DNA of 64,000 nt from Heteronotia binoei. Its lineage: Eukaryota. The notes beneath the pieces were generated by a model. The model searched no databases. It had not been told where the DNA came from and was given only the letters and a program-made list of their open reading frames with translations. The number at the start of each line of letters is the position of its first letter. Within the stretch, counting starts at the first letter, position 1. Of this stretch, positions 25,068 to 34,356 are shown piece by piece. The translations under genes and the position numbers were made by a program. The DNA lies in the NCBI RefSeq assembly GCF_032191835.1, contig NC_083234.1, forward strand, positions 59,892,001 to 59,956,000. Reading direction: 5' to 3'.

Positions 25068-25443
25068 TGTTGTGTCCTAGGTTCAAATGGAGAACTGTTA
25101 CTTTTGGAGGGAACTGTTACTTTTGGAGGGAAGCTGAACAAGCCAAGCTTGTACTCCACACCAGGGTTCCAGAGAAGGCCTAAGCGTGCCCAATCAGGGG
25201 AAGGATTGAAACATAAGTAGCCAATCAACATCTAGGCTCATACTGTACCCTGATAGGCCCTTAGGCCTCTGTAAATAGCCAATCCATGTACATAGTTAAG
25301 GTCCAATCAGAAGGGGGCAAGAATTGTATAAAGGAGCAGGAGGTTTGAATAGAGCTCAGTTTGTGTTGGTGTTCCTGAAGTAAAGCTTGCTGAAATCACT
25401 CTCCGACTCTGGTCTCTTACTGCGCCGACCCCAGTACTTTACA
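25068..25443 (+). repeat. 5' LTR
   Basis: TGTTGTGTCC...CTTTACA; contains two tandem copies of gaactgttacttttggagg, four CCAAT boxes and TATAAA at 25327. Confidence 0.97.
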
Positions 25444-25444
25444 C

Positions 25445-25462
25445 TGGCGACGAGGATGGGAT
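25445..25462 (+). promoter_or_regulatory. Primer-binding site for tRNA-Ser(GCU)
   Basis: TGGCGACGAGGATGGGAT is the complement of the recalled vertebrate tRNA-Ser(GCU) 3' end ATCCCATCCTCGTCGCCA. Confidence 0.85.
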
Positions 25463-25584
25463 ACCAGTAAGAACCAGCAACAGAACCAGGAACACGGAAA
25501 GGTGGCTAAATCCAAGCCATCTGGGTCCCCACCTCCGCTCTGCGCACACCCCATCTCTCAAGCCGCCCAGACACGCTGCCAAGA

Positions 25585-28500
25585 ATGGAGGCTTCAGCTA
25601 ACCTCCTGCAGCCCTTTAGCATCGATCGCCCCGAGCTGTGGGACTCGTGGGTCGAAGGCTTCCAGTCATACCTGACCTTCCAGAAGATTACAGAGACTAC
25701 CATGCAGAGAGCTCTGCTTATCAGTACGTGTGGCACGGAGACCGTGGACTTAGCCAGGGCTCTTCTCCAACCCAGGAAGCTCTCAGAGACGCCGGTGGAC
25801 GACATCATCAGCGCTCTGGAGAAGTATTTCCAGCCCCAGCCAACCAAGCTCACCCGGCACTGGGACTTCCGACAAAGGACACAGAAGGCAGGCGAAACCA
25901 CGATGGCGTTCTTGACAAGCCTGCGCCGGGTGGCAAGCCGATGCAGTTTCGCAGACCTCAATGAAGCCCTTCTTGACCAGTTTGTATGGGGCTTGAGGGA
26001 CGAAAAACTAGTACAGAAACTCCTGTCCCTCTCCGAGTGCGACCTAACAAAGGCAATCGATGTGGCCACCAGCTGGGAGAAGGGCAGATCAGCAGAGCCA
26101 CGGCTGACAAGACAGGCTGCGGCACACCAGATCAACCCTGAACCATCTACAGAGGACTCAGACGAGGACAAAGCTCTACAAACCGGCTATCGTTCAGCAG
26201 GAAGGAAGACCACCCATGCCCCACAGGGCATGAGACACAAGACACCACCTGCATGTGCAAGCTGCGGGGGCCAGCACGAGCGAAAGACCTGCCGATTCCG
26301 GAATGCCACCTGTCGACTCTGCAACAAGGAAGGCCACATCGCCTGTGCCTGCAGATCCACATCCCGAGCACGCGTCCCGCAAAGATCTGCGCACTCCGAG
26401 GGCCAGCCAGACTTCGAGACCGACGCTCTCCACGCCCACCCATACCCGGTACAGTACCTACCCTCGCCAGTCAGGCCCTCCAAAATCCGGGTCAATGTAG
26501 GGATCGGGGGGGTGCCCTGCCAAATGGAGGTGGACTCTGGGTCAGCATCATCTATTATAGCGGCAGAGACATTTTTTAAAATCCCCACCAGGCTGAGGCC
26601 TCGTCTCAGGGACCCGGGGTTTACCTTAGTGGACTTCCAGAAGAATAAGGTGCCTATCTTGGGAGTGGGCCCGGTCCCAGTCCAATACAAGGGGTTCAAG
26701 GGCCAGCTACAAGTGCTAGTGGTCAAGAACCACCTTACAAACCTTTTGGGTCTCGACTGGTTCAAGCCCCTGGGAATAGAGATCAGGGGGGTCAATAAGA
26801 CTGTCGGAGTGGACTTTAACAAGGTTTGCGAAGAGTTCCCGGCCGTTTTCGATGGCACCTTGGGCTGCTACACGGGTCCCCCGGTTACACTACACCTCGA
26901 CCCCACAGTGCGGCCTATTAGGCTTAAAGCGCGGCGAGTTCCATTCGCGCTCAAGCCTAAAATTGAGGAGGAACTGGATAAACTGATTGCACAGGGAATA
27001 CTAGAGCCTGTCACCCACGCAACCTGGGAAACTCCCATCGTGACTCCAGTCAAGCCCAGTGGGGAAGTGCGAATTTGTGCAGACTATAAGTGTACCCTCA
27101 ACAAGGCTCTTCAGGCCCACGCATACCCTGTGCCCATCGTCAGCCACGTTCTAGCCACCCTAGCCGGCGCAAAAATTTTTGGCAAGTTGGACTTGGCCCA
27201 AGCTTACCAACAGCTGCCGGTGGATGAGGCCACGGCCAACGCCCAAACAATTGTGACCCACCGGGGGGCCTTTAGAGTAAAGCGGTTGCAATTTGGCGTG
27301 AGTGTGGCTCCGGGGTTGTTCCAGGAACTCATGGACTCTCTTTTAAAAGGACTTCCCGGAGTCACTCCATTCTTCGATGATGTGCTGATCGCGGCAGCCT
27401 CGCCTGAAGAATTCGCCGCCCGCCTTAGAGGAGTCCTACAACGTTTTGAAACAGCCAGCCTCAAGGTCAAACGGGAGAAGTGCCTCCTGGGCGTGGATCG
27501 GGTGGAATTCCTGGGGTTCTCCATCGATGCCCAGGGGGTCCATCCCTCCGACGCCAAGCTGCGTGCCATCAGAGATGCTCCAGCGCCCACCAACAAGCAA
27601 GAACTCCAGGCCTTCCTCGGCCTCCTAAACTTTTATCATGCTTTTCTCTCCCACAAGGCAGCGGTGGCCGAACCCCTGCACCGGCTTCTAGACAAGAACC
27701 GACCCTGGGCATGGGGCCGCCAGCACGCTAAAGCCTTCCAAGATATCAAGGGCCTCCTGATGTCCAACTCCGTCCTTGCCCATTTCGACGAGACCCTGCC
27801 CTTGGTCCTGGCATGCGACGCATCCCCTTATGGCGTGGGGGCAGTTCTGGGCCACCGACTCCCTGATGGGACCGAAGTCCCTATCGCGTACTACTCGCGG
27901 ACCCTCTCATCAGCAGAGCGGAACTACGCCCAAATCGACAAAGAAGGGTTGGCAGTTGTGGCCGGTGTCAAAAAATTTCATGATTACATCTACGGCCGGC
28001 CCTTTACCCTCTATACGGACCACAAACCCCTCTTGGGCCTCTTTGCATCAGACCGGCAGACCCCTCAGGTGTTGTCCCCACGGGTCCTCCGTTGGTCCAT
28101 TTTTCTAGCCGGCTACACTTACACCCTAGTGCATCGCCCGGGCAAGGCAATGGGCCATGCTGACGCCCTGAGCCGCTTGCCCTTGCCTGACGTGGATCCC
28201 GATCCAGCCCCGGCTCATCAGATCCTACTGATGGACATGCTTCCGGACAGGCCATTGCTCGCCCGCGACGTTGCTGCCCGCTCCGCTCGTGATCCAGTCC
28301 TCTCCCGTGTCTTGGACTGGGTGGGGAGGGGGTGGCCCAAGGGCTCGACTGGGCCGGAATTTACTCCGTTTGCAGCCCGGAAAGACGAACTATCCACCCA
28401 CAAAGGCTGCCTACTATGGGGCAACAGAGTCGTCATCCCCAAACCCTTGCAAGACCAAGTGCTTAGAGCCCTGCACGAGGCACACCCGGGCATAGTCCGC

Positions 28501-29610
28501 ATGAAGGCTCTCGCACGGAGCTATGTCTGGTGGCCCGGCCTCGATGCAGAAATTGAGGCTTGGGTTAAAAGGTGCCCGACATGCCAGGTGTCAAGGCCTG
28601 ACCCCCCACGTGGCCCAGTGCAACCATGGGAATCCACCAAAACCCCCTGGTCAAGACTGCATATGGACTTTGCTGGCCCCTTCCATGGGCGGACTCTACT
28701 CATACTAGTGGATTCATACTCCAAGTGGTTGGAGGTGGTCCAGGTGCCCTCGCCATCATCGCAGGCGACCATCACGGCTCTGAGGGCCATCTTTGCAACC
28801 CACGGGTTGCCGGAGACCATCGTCACCGACAACGGCACAGCATTCACGTCCGCAGTGTTCCAGGACTTCTTAGCCAGGAACCTCATCAGGCACATTCGCT
28901 CTGCCCCGTTTCTTCCAGCCACCAATGGCCAGGCAGAGTGGATGGTGCGCACGGCAAAGGAGGCCTTGAACCGTCTGGGCCCCTCAGACTGGCCCAAAGA
29001 CTTGGCGTGTTTCCTAATGGCCTACCGGACCACATCCACCGCCTCCACAGGTCGCAGTCCAGCCGAACTCCTCATGGGCCGCCGCATCACCACCCTGCTG
29101 GACAAGCTGCACCCTGACCGAGCCCCAGACAGGCGACCGGCCCCGGAACACCTTAAAGCCCCCAGAGGGTTCTACCCAGGTGAGACAGTGTGGGCACGGA
29201 ACTATGCCACCACTGGCCCCGCCTGGCTCCCTGGAAAGGTGGACCACGTCACCGGACCGGTCTCCTATGCAGTGACTTTGGAGGGTGGACATCTCCTGAG
29301 GCGACACATCGACCAACTCCGTGGTCGCCTGCCTGCCGGGGAGCCAAGGTCAGAGGCTCCAGATCCGGACAACGTAAGTCCCCGTGAGCCTGACACAGAA
29401 CAGGGTTCCGTGGAGCCCGCTTCGGCCCAGCAGGAGGAGACCCCCGACCGAGCAGCTGAACCCAGGTCTCCCGGGGCCGCCGTCCCAGATGTCTCCAGCT
29501 CTGCAGCCGCGGAACCACCAACCGAGTCGGAACGCCCAGTCCCCTCGGAGCTCCGACGCTCGACACGAGACCGCCGCCCTCCGGCATATCTCCAGGACTA
29601 TGTCACCTGA
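25585..29610 (+). CDS. Gag-Pol polyprotein (gag with two Zn knuckles, protease, RT, RNase H, integrase)
   Basis: 1341 aa uninterrupted: CASCGGQH..C and CRLCNKEGH..C; VDSGSA; FFDD; LACDASPYGVG; H-H-C-C zinc finger; MDF/TDNG/AE DDE triad. Confidence 0.96.
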   Translation: MEASANLLQPFSIDRPELWDSWVEGFQSYLTFQKITETTMQRALLISTCGTETVDLARALLQPRKLSETPVDDIISALEKYFQPQPTKLTRHWDFRQRTQKAGETTMAFLTSLRRVASRCSFADLNEALLDQFVWGLRDEKLVQKLLSLSECDLTKAIDVATSWEKGRSAEPRLTRQAAAHQINPEPSTEDSDEDKALQTGYRSAGRKTTHAPQGMRHKTPPACASCGGQHERKTCRFRNATCRLCNKEGHIACACRSTSRARVPQRSAHSEGQPDFETDALHAHPYPVQYLPSPVRPSKIRVNVGIGGVPCQMEVDSGSASSIIAAETFFKIPTRLRPRLRDPGFTLVDFQKNKVPILGVGPVPVQYKGFKGQLQVLVVKNHLTNLLGLDWFKPLGIEIRGVNKTVGVDFNKVCEEFPAVFDGTLGCYTGPPVTLHLDPTVRPIRLKARRVPFALKPKIEEELDKLIAQGILEPVTHATWETPIVTPVKPSGEVRICADYKCTLNKALQAHAYPVPIVSHVLATLAGAKIFGKLDLAQAYQQLPVDEATANAQTIVTHRGAFRVKRLQFGVSVAPGLFQELMDSLLKGLPGVTPFFDDVLIAAASPEEFAARLRGVLQRFETASLKVKREKCLLGVDRVEFLGFSIDAQGVHPSDAKLRAIRDAPAPTNKQELQAFLGLLNFYHAFLSHKAAVAEPLHRLLDKNRPWAWGRQHAKAFQDIKGLLMSNSVLAHFDETLPLVLACDASPYGVGAVLGHRLPDGTEVPIAYYSRTLSSAERNYAQIDKEGLAVVAGVKKFHDYIYGRPFTLYTDHKPLLGLFASDRQTPQVLSPRVLRWSIFLAGYTYTLVHRPGKAMGHADALSRLPLPDVDPDPAPAHQILLMDMLPDRPLLARDVAARSARDPVLSRVLDWVGRGWPKGSTGPEFTPFAARKDELSTHKGCLLWGNRVVIPKPLQDQVLRALHEAHPGIVRMKALARSYVWWPGLDAEIEAWVKRCPTCQVSRPDPPRGPVQPWESTKTPWSRLHMDFAGPFHGRTLLILVDSYSKWLEVVQVPSPSSQATITALRAIFATHGLPETIVTDNGTAFTSAVFQDFLARNLIRHIRSAPFLPATNGQAEWMVRTAKEALNRLGPSDWPKDLACFLMAYRTTSTASTGRSPAELLMGRRITTLLDKLHPDRAPDRRPAPEHLKAPRGFYPGETVWARNYATTGPAWLPGKVDHVTGPVSYAVTLEGGHLLRRHIDQLRGRLPAGEPRSEAPDPDNVSPREPDTEQGSVEPASAQQEETPDRAAEPRSPGAAVPDVSSSAAAEPPTESERPVPSELRRSTRDRRPPAYLQDYVT

Positions 29611-29623
29611 TAGCTGGAACTAT

Positions 29624-29634
29624 GGGGGGAGGGG
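29624..29634 (+). promoter_or_regulatory. Polypurine tract
   Basis: GGGGGGAGGGG immediately before the 3' LTR. Confidence 0.9.
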
Positions 29635-30010
29635 TGTTGTGTCCTAGGTTCAAATGGAGAACTGTTACTTTTGGAGGGAACTGTTACTTTTGGAGGGAAG
29701 CTGAACAAGCCAAGCTTGTACTCCACACCAGGGTTCCAGAGAAGGCCTAAGCGTGCCCAATCAGGGGAAGGATTGAAACATAAGTAGCCAATCAACATCT
29801 AGGCTCATACTGTACCCTGATAGGCCCTTAGGCCTCTGTAAATAGCCAATCCATGTACATAGTTAAGGTCCAATCAGAAGGGGGCAAGAATTGTATAAAG
29901 GAGCAGGAGGTTTGAATAGAGCTCAGTTTGTGTTGGTGTTCCTGAAGTAAAGCTTGCTGAAATCACTCTCCGACTCTGGTCTCTTACTGCGCCGACCCCA
30001 GTACTTTACA
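29635..30010 (+). repeat. 3' LTR
   Basis: Same length and sequence as the 5' LTR. Confidence 0.97.
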
Positions 30011-30729
30011 CTCTGGATATCAGAGCTGTCTGCTCCACCTTCCAGAACTTAGCTATATGATAGATATGACATGAGCAAGGTCAGCAGTCTCCTGGCCCAG
30101 CCTTACTGACAGACACATGTACCATTGGGGGACTCACCATACAAACTGTCCTTGCTGAGGCTTGGAGCTCACTGAGGGGAGAGGAGGGGCTTCTGCCTCT
30201 CCTCATATGCTGTTTTCCCTAGCGGAAATGGCCGCAGATGGACCTGTTTGCCCCTTTCTCAGATCCCATGTGTTCTCAGTCACATGATTCCAGGTCACTT
30301 GGGGCCCAAGAAAGGGGCAAATAGAGGAGGGGGGCTCCATGTCCATTTCCTCTTGGGAAAATGGTGCACAAGGGAAGGCAAAAGTCTCTCCTCCTCCCTC
30401 ACAGCATTCTGAACCACACCAAGCAATGGAAAGGTTTGTAAGGTGAGGCTCTCAATGGTACATATGACTGCAAGTCAGGCCAGGGAACCCTCACCCAGCT
30501 TGCGTCACATCTACCCTATAGCTAGGCTACCCAGTTTTTCTCTTTATACTCACACAAAGACAGAGCTCCTCCTTGCCACTGGCCAGCTGGCCAGCAGTGG
30601 AAGCTCTATCCCCAAGCCCTGCCTCCAAGAGTGACCACTGGAGCTCAGGTGTGTGGCCAGTGGCCACCCCTCTCTCTCTCCTGCTGGGAGATTAAAGGGC
30701 CCTCCAGCTGGTTTGGCAGGAGAATACTA

Positions 30730-31000
30730 TCCCATCTGCAGTCTATGCAGATATAATAAAACTCCATATTCAGCAAGACTCTGTGTATGCAATTTAAAAC
30801 AGCTTGATTCAGTTTCTCATATTCTTCTTGACGGTCCCCCAATATGATGATATACGCCTTAATATTTTAGATTCAGTTTTGCTCAACATAACAGGTTGTT
30901 CAGACGCCAAGAAGGTGCGTCGTCTCCTGAATGATTCATCAACCGAAATAACTGAAAAGGTAGCCTTGTTTTTAAGTCTGGTAATTAAGGATTGATTGCT
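30730..31000 (+). mobile_element. RTEX-like LINE extreme 3' fragment
   Basis: RYNKTPYSARLCVCNLKQLDSVSHILLD parallels GRFRQIPLQNRLCPC...SHIILECP of the element at 34357-39227. Confidence 0.65.
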
Positions 31001-31974
31001 TAAAGTTTAGATGTATATGATTGACATACCCTTTCTCCTTGTTACCTCTATACCTGTTCATTGTTTTATTTACTATCTGATATATTCCAGTAAAGGTTTG
31101 TGTGTGTGTGTGTGTGGTTTGCAGGAGCACATGGCCTACCGATAAGCTGGAGAGCCCTTTAAACCTCACAGGAGGAAGGGAGAGGGGTGACTTCTGGCTG
31201 CACACCTCCAGTTCAGGTGTACATGGCCCCTGCTTCTTGTAAACAGCATGTAAAGAGTGTCTTTAAATTCTGCTTCCAAGAAGCAAGGGCAGAAGAGCAC
31301 CTGAACTCCAGCAGCAAATTTGGCACTTGGAGTTCAGGCATTTGGGGCACTGGTCCCTAACATGATGTTATCACTTCTGTATGACACCATCATGTTGGGG
31401 ACATCCCCACTCCTCCAGGAGCACCCCCCAAAAGTCCCCCACCAGGGAAGAGACAGGACCTGGCAACCCTAAGGAGAAAGCATGTTCATTTTTCTTTGTT
31501 TGTTGGTTCAGCTTATGCAATGCAGAGTCCTACAAGGTAAAGCACCTCGCTTGGGAACTCTTGCTTGTCTCTAGAGCAATTCAATCTAGATCCACAAGCA
31601 AATACACATGTAGACTAGCCACTTGGTTGGTAAACATTGCAGGATTGTTGTTCTGCTTCAGCTAGGTCCACCTTTCATCAAAGAGTGCTACAGGAGCTGC
31701 CAGAGCAGCATGTAGAGGTATCTGGTGTTGTTCTGTAACACCTGTTATTTTTGGACCATTATGAGGTAAAGGAATGGGGTTATTTGTATATGCTCCTCCT
31801 ACTTGCTCATAATTCAAGTAACTCTTAACTTGGCCTTGCTGTTTCTTTCTGTGATGGGGATTGTAGGTAGGGTGGCTTACCCAAGGTTGACATCTTTGGC
31901 ATTGTAGCCAAATTATTTGAAAATGATAATGTTAGTGCTTTGCAGTGGAGAAACTGGATGGTTGGAGATCTGGC

Positions 31975-32345
31975 AGAATTGCCCCGTGGTGCAGACTGGT
32001 AAAGCTGCAGTACTGCAGTCCAAGCCCTCTGCTCATGACCTGAGTTTGATCCCAGTGGAAGTTGGGTTCCAGGTAGCTGACTCAAAGTTGACTCAGCCTT
32101 CCATCCTTCTGAGGTCAGTAAAATGGATTCCAGTTAGCCGGCTCAAAGTTGACTCAGCCATCCACCCTTCCAAGGTCAGTAAAATGAGTACCCAGCTTGC
32201 TGGAGGGAAAGTGTAGATGACTGGGGAAGGCAATGGCAAACTGCCCCATAAAAAAGTCTTCCGTGAAAATGTCATGATGCGACGTTACCCCAGAGTCGGA
32301 AATGATTGGTGCTTGCACAGGGGACTACCTTTACAATTTTTTACT
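31975..32345 (+). mobile_element. Sauria SINE with an internal ~60-bp duplication
   Basis: gactcagccttccatccttc, ggaaggcaatggcaaac and gagtcggaaa BovB-like tail. Confidence 0.85.
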
Positions 32346-32386
32346 GTGGTTAAATCACTGATGGCCAGCATAGGACACAGGGTAAG

Positions 32387-32600
32387 TAGGGTTGCCATCC
32401 TCCAGATGGTGGCTAGAGATCTCTCATTATTACAACTGGTCTCCATATGACAGATATTAGTTCACCAGGAGAAAATGGCTGCTTTGGAAGGTGGACTCTC
32501 TAGCATTATACTCCAGTTAAGTCCCTCCCTAAACCCTGCCATCCTCAGGTTACACCCCCAAAACTTCCAGGTGTTTCCCAACCTGGAGCTGGCAACCCTA
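32387..32600 (+). mobile_element. hAT-like MITE (214 bp)
   Basis: TAGGGTTGCCA...TGGCAACCCTA perfect TIRs; degraded copy at 46320-46524. Confidence 0.85.
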
Positions 32601-34262
32601 GATCAGGGGAATGCAGGCTGGAATCACCAACTGTGTTGGCCAGTCCACTCCTCTCGACCTCATATACTGCACACAGTAGTTGCTTTGAGGAAAAAAAACT
32701 GAGGAAGGAGAACAATGTTCTTGGGCACTTTTTGTCACCACTGGGAGGGAAAATGGCATAAACATCATGTAGGGTTGCCAGGTCCACCTCAGAAAATATC
32801 TGGGGACTTTGGGGATGGAGTTGCAAGACTTTCCCATTCCCTAAAATAAACAAATAGAAATACAGCAGTTCCCCTGAATATAGTCTTCATTTTTTCAGCC
32901 CCCAGCAGCTGCACTTTCACTAAATGAAAGTAAACACAGAAACACACACACAAAGCAGCCAAAATAAACAGTTTGCAAGCACATGCTTTTGTAATCTTAC
33001 TGGGGCAATTTACTCAAGGGAGTTGCTGAATGTAACCATCTGCTGTATTTCAACCAACTTCTTCAGACTAACAGGAAAATTAAAGGGAGCGGTCTAGGGC
33101 ATGGAGTTTCCCTCCATCCCATAATCAGGTTCTAGTTACCTCCATTTTACTATACAACTTCTGAAACAAATGCAAAACAAACGGAGGGACTGGGCAGCCT
33201 TACATTCTCACAGCATCTCACGCTGGGAAAAGTCACATGTCTTTGCCTGCTCATCCTGCCCATCCAGCTTTCCTCCTACTGAGATTTAAAGACACACATA
33301 CCTTCCAAAACACAGCAATTTCCAAGCTTCTTCTAAGTCTGTCTAGTTTTAAAGACACATGGTGGCTGTTAGGGCAGGGAGGAACCTGCAAAACTGAGGA
33401 AATTCCCCACTGGGATCTTGGGCCTGGCAAGCCTAAGTTTGCTTATTTAACCCTGCCTTTCCTGCTATCCACTGTGGCTCAAGGCAGCATACAAACTGGT
33501 GTTATTATAAAGGTTGCTAAGTAATTTAGGATCGGTTTAAAGACACACTGTGCTGTGTTTACATCATGGATTTTAATATTTTACATTGTCTTTTTTTTTG
33601 CTTGGGATATTCACTTTTTCTATGGTTGTCTGAACATTTATTTAATAAAGATATATTTAAAAAAAAATTAAACTGCACTTTCATATAGATTTATTCATTT
33701 ATTCTTGGTTTGCCTTTTACCATGTTTGCTGGCTGCCAAAAGGTCTGTGCTTCAGACATCCCATAGTCCTCGTTGTCCAAACAGTACCCAATACAAACCT
33801 CTTTGCTATTGTTAGAGATGTTGATTCATTATAGGCACATCCAGACACCTGTTGTACTAAAAGCAGATGTGTTCCATATATCCAACCATCACAAAAGCGC
33901 TTCTGAGAAAGAGGGAAAAGACTGCCCTCTGGCAGTGAATACCCCGTGCCGTCTGATGACAACCACACCCTTTGTTTTTTAATCTTATACATTTAGACCG
34001 TCCCTTTCCTTCCTTCCATTCATTGCTTTTACCAAGATCAGGCAGTGCTACGCCGACTCCTGTTCTTTGTGCTTCATCGTTTGTTTTCTACATTATGTGC
34101 AGCCAGATAAATATCACATAGACATGATCTCCATTGTTTTTCGTCTTTTTAATTTGTTCGTCTTTTTAATTTGTTTGTTTTCTTTCATCATAACGATCCG
34201 GAGATGGGAGCTGTGAGCTCCTGTGGCTGATCTCTCTCCCTTTCTCTCCCTGTCTTTCCCAG

Positions 34263-34280
34263 GCATGAAAACCCGCACAA
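34263..34280 (+). other. Candidate 18-nt microexon
   Basis: ctgat branch-like site, ~30-nt pure pyrimidine-rich tract, cag acceptor, GCATGAAAACCCGCACAA, gtgagt donor. Confidence 0.5.
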
Positions 34281-34356
34281 GTGAGTATGAATACTGTAAC
34301 TGTTCAAATTAATTTAGCAGCTCTCTCTTGTTTTAATATTTGAAGGATACTTTCAT

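Larger units (their letters stand above)
25068..30010 (+). mobile_element. Full-length Ty3/Gypsy (Mag-like) LTR retrotransposon
   Basis: TG...CA LTRs of 376 bp (25068-25443, 29635-30010) identical by eye; 5-bp TSD CTCTG (25063-25067, 30011-30015); PBS, PPT and a single intact polyprotein. Confidence 0.98.

Noticed and set aside
25506-29647. Long antisense and alternate-frame ORFs within the Gypsy (221 aa, 223 aa, etc.)
   Set aside because: Shadow frames of a GC-rich coding sequence; no env-like signal peptide or TM pattern.
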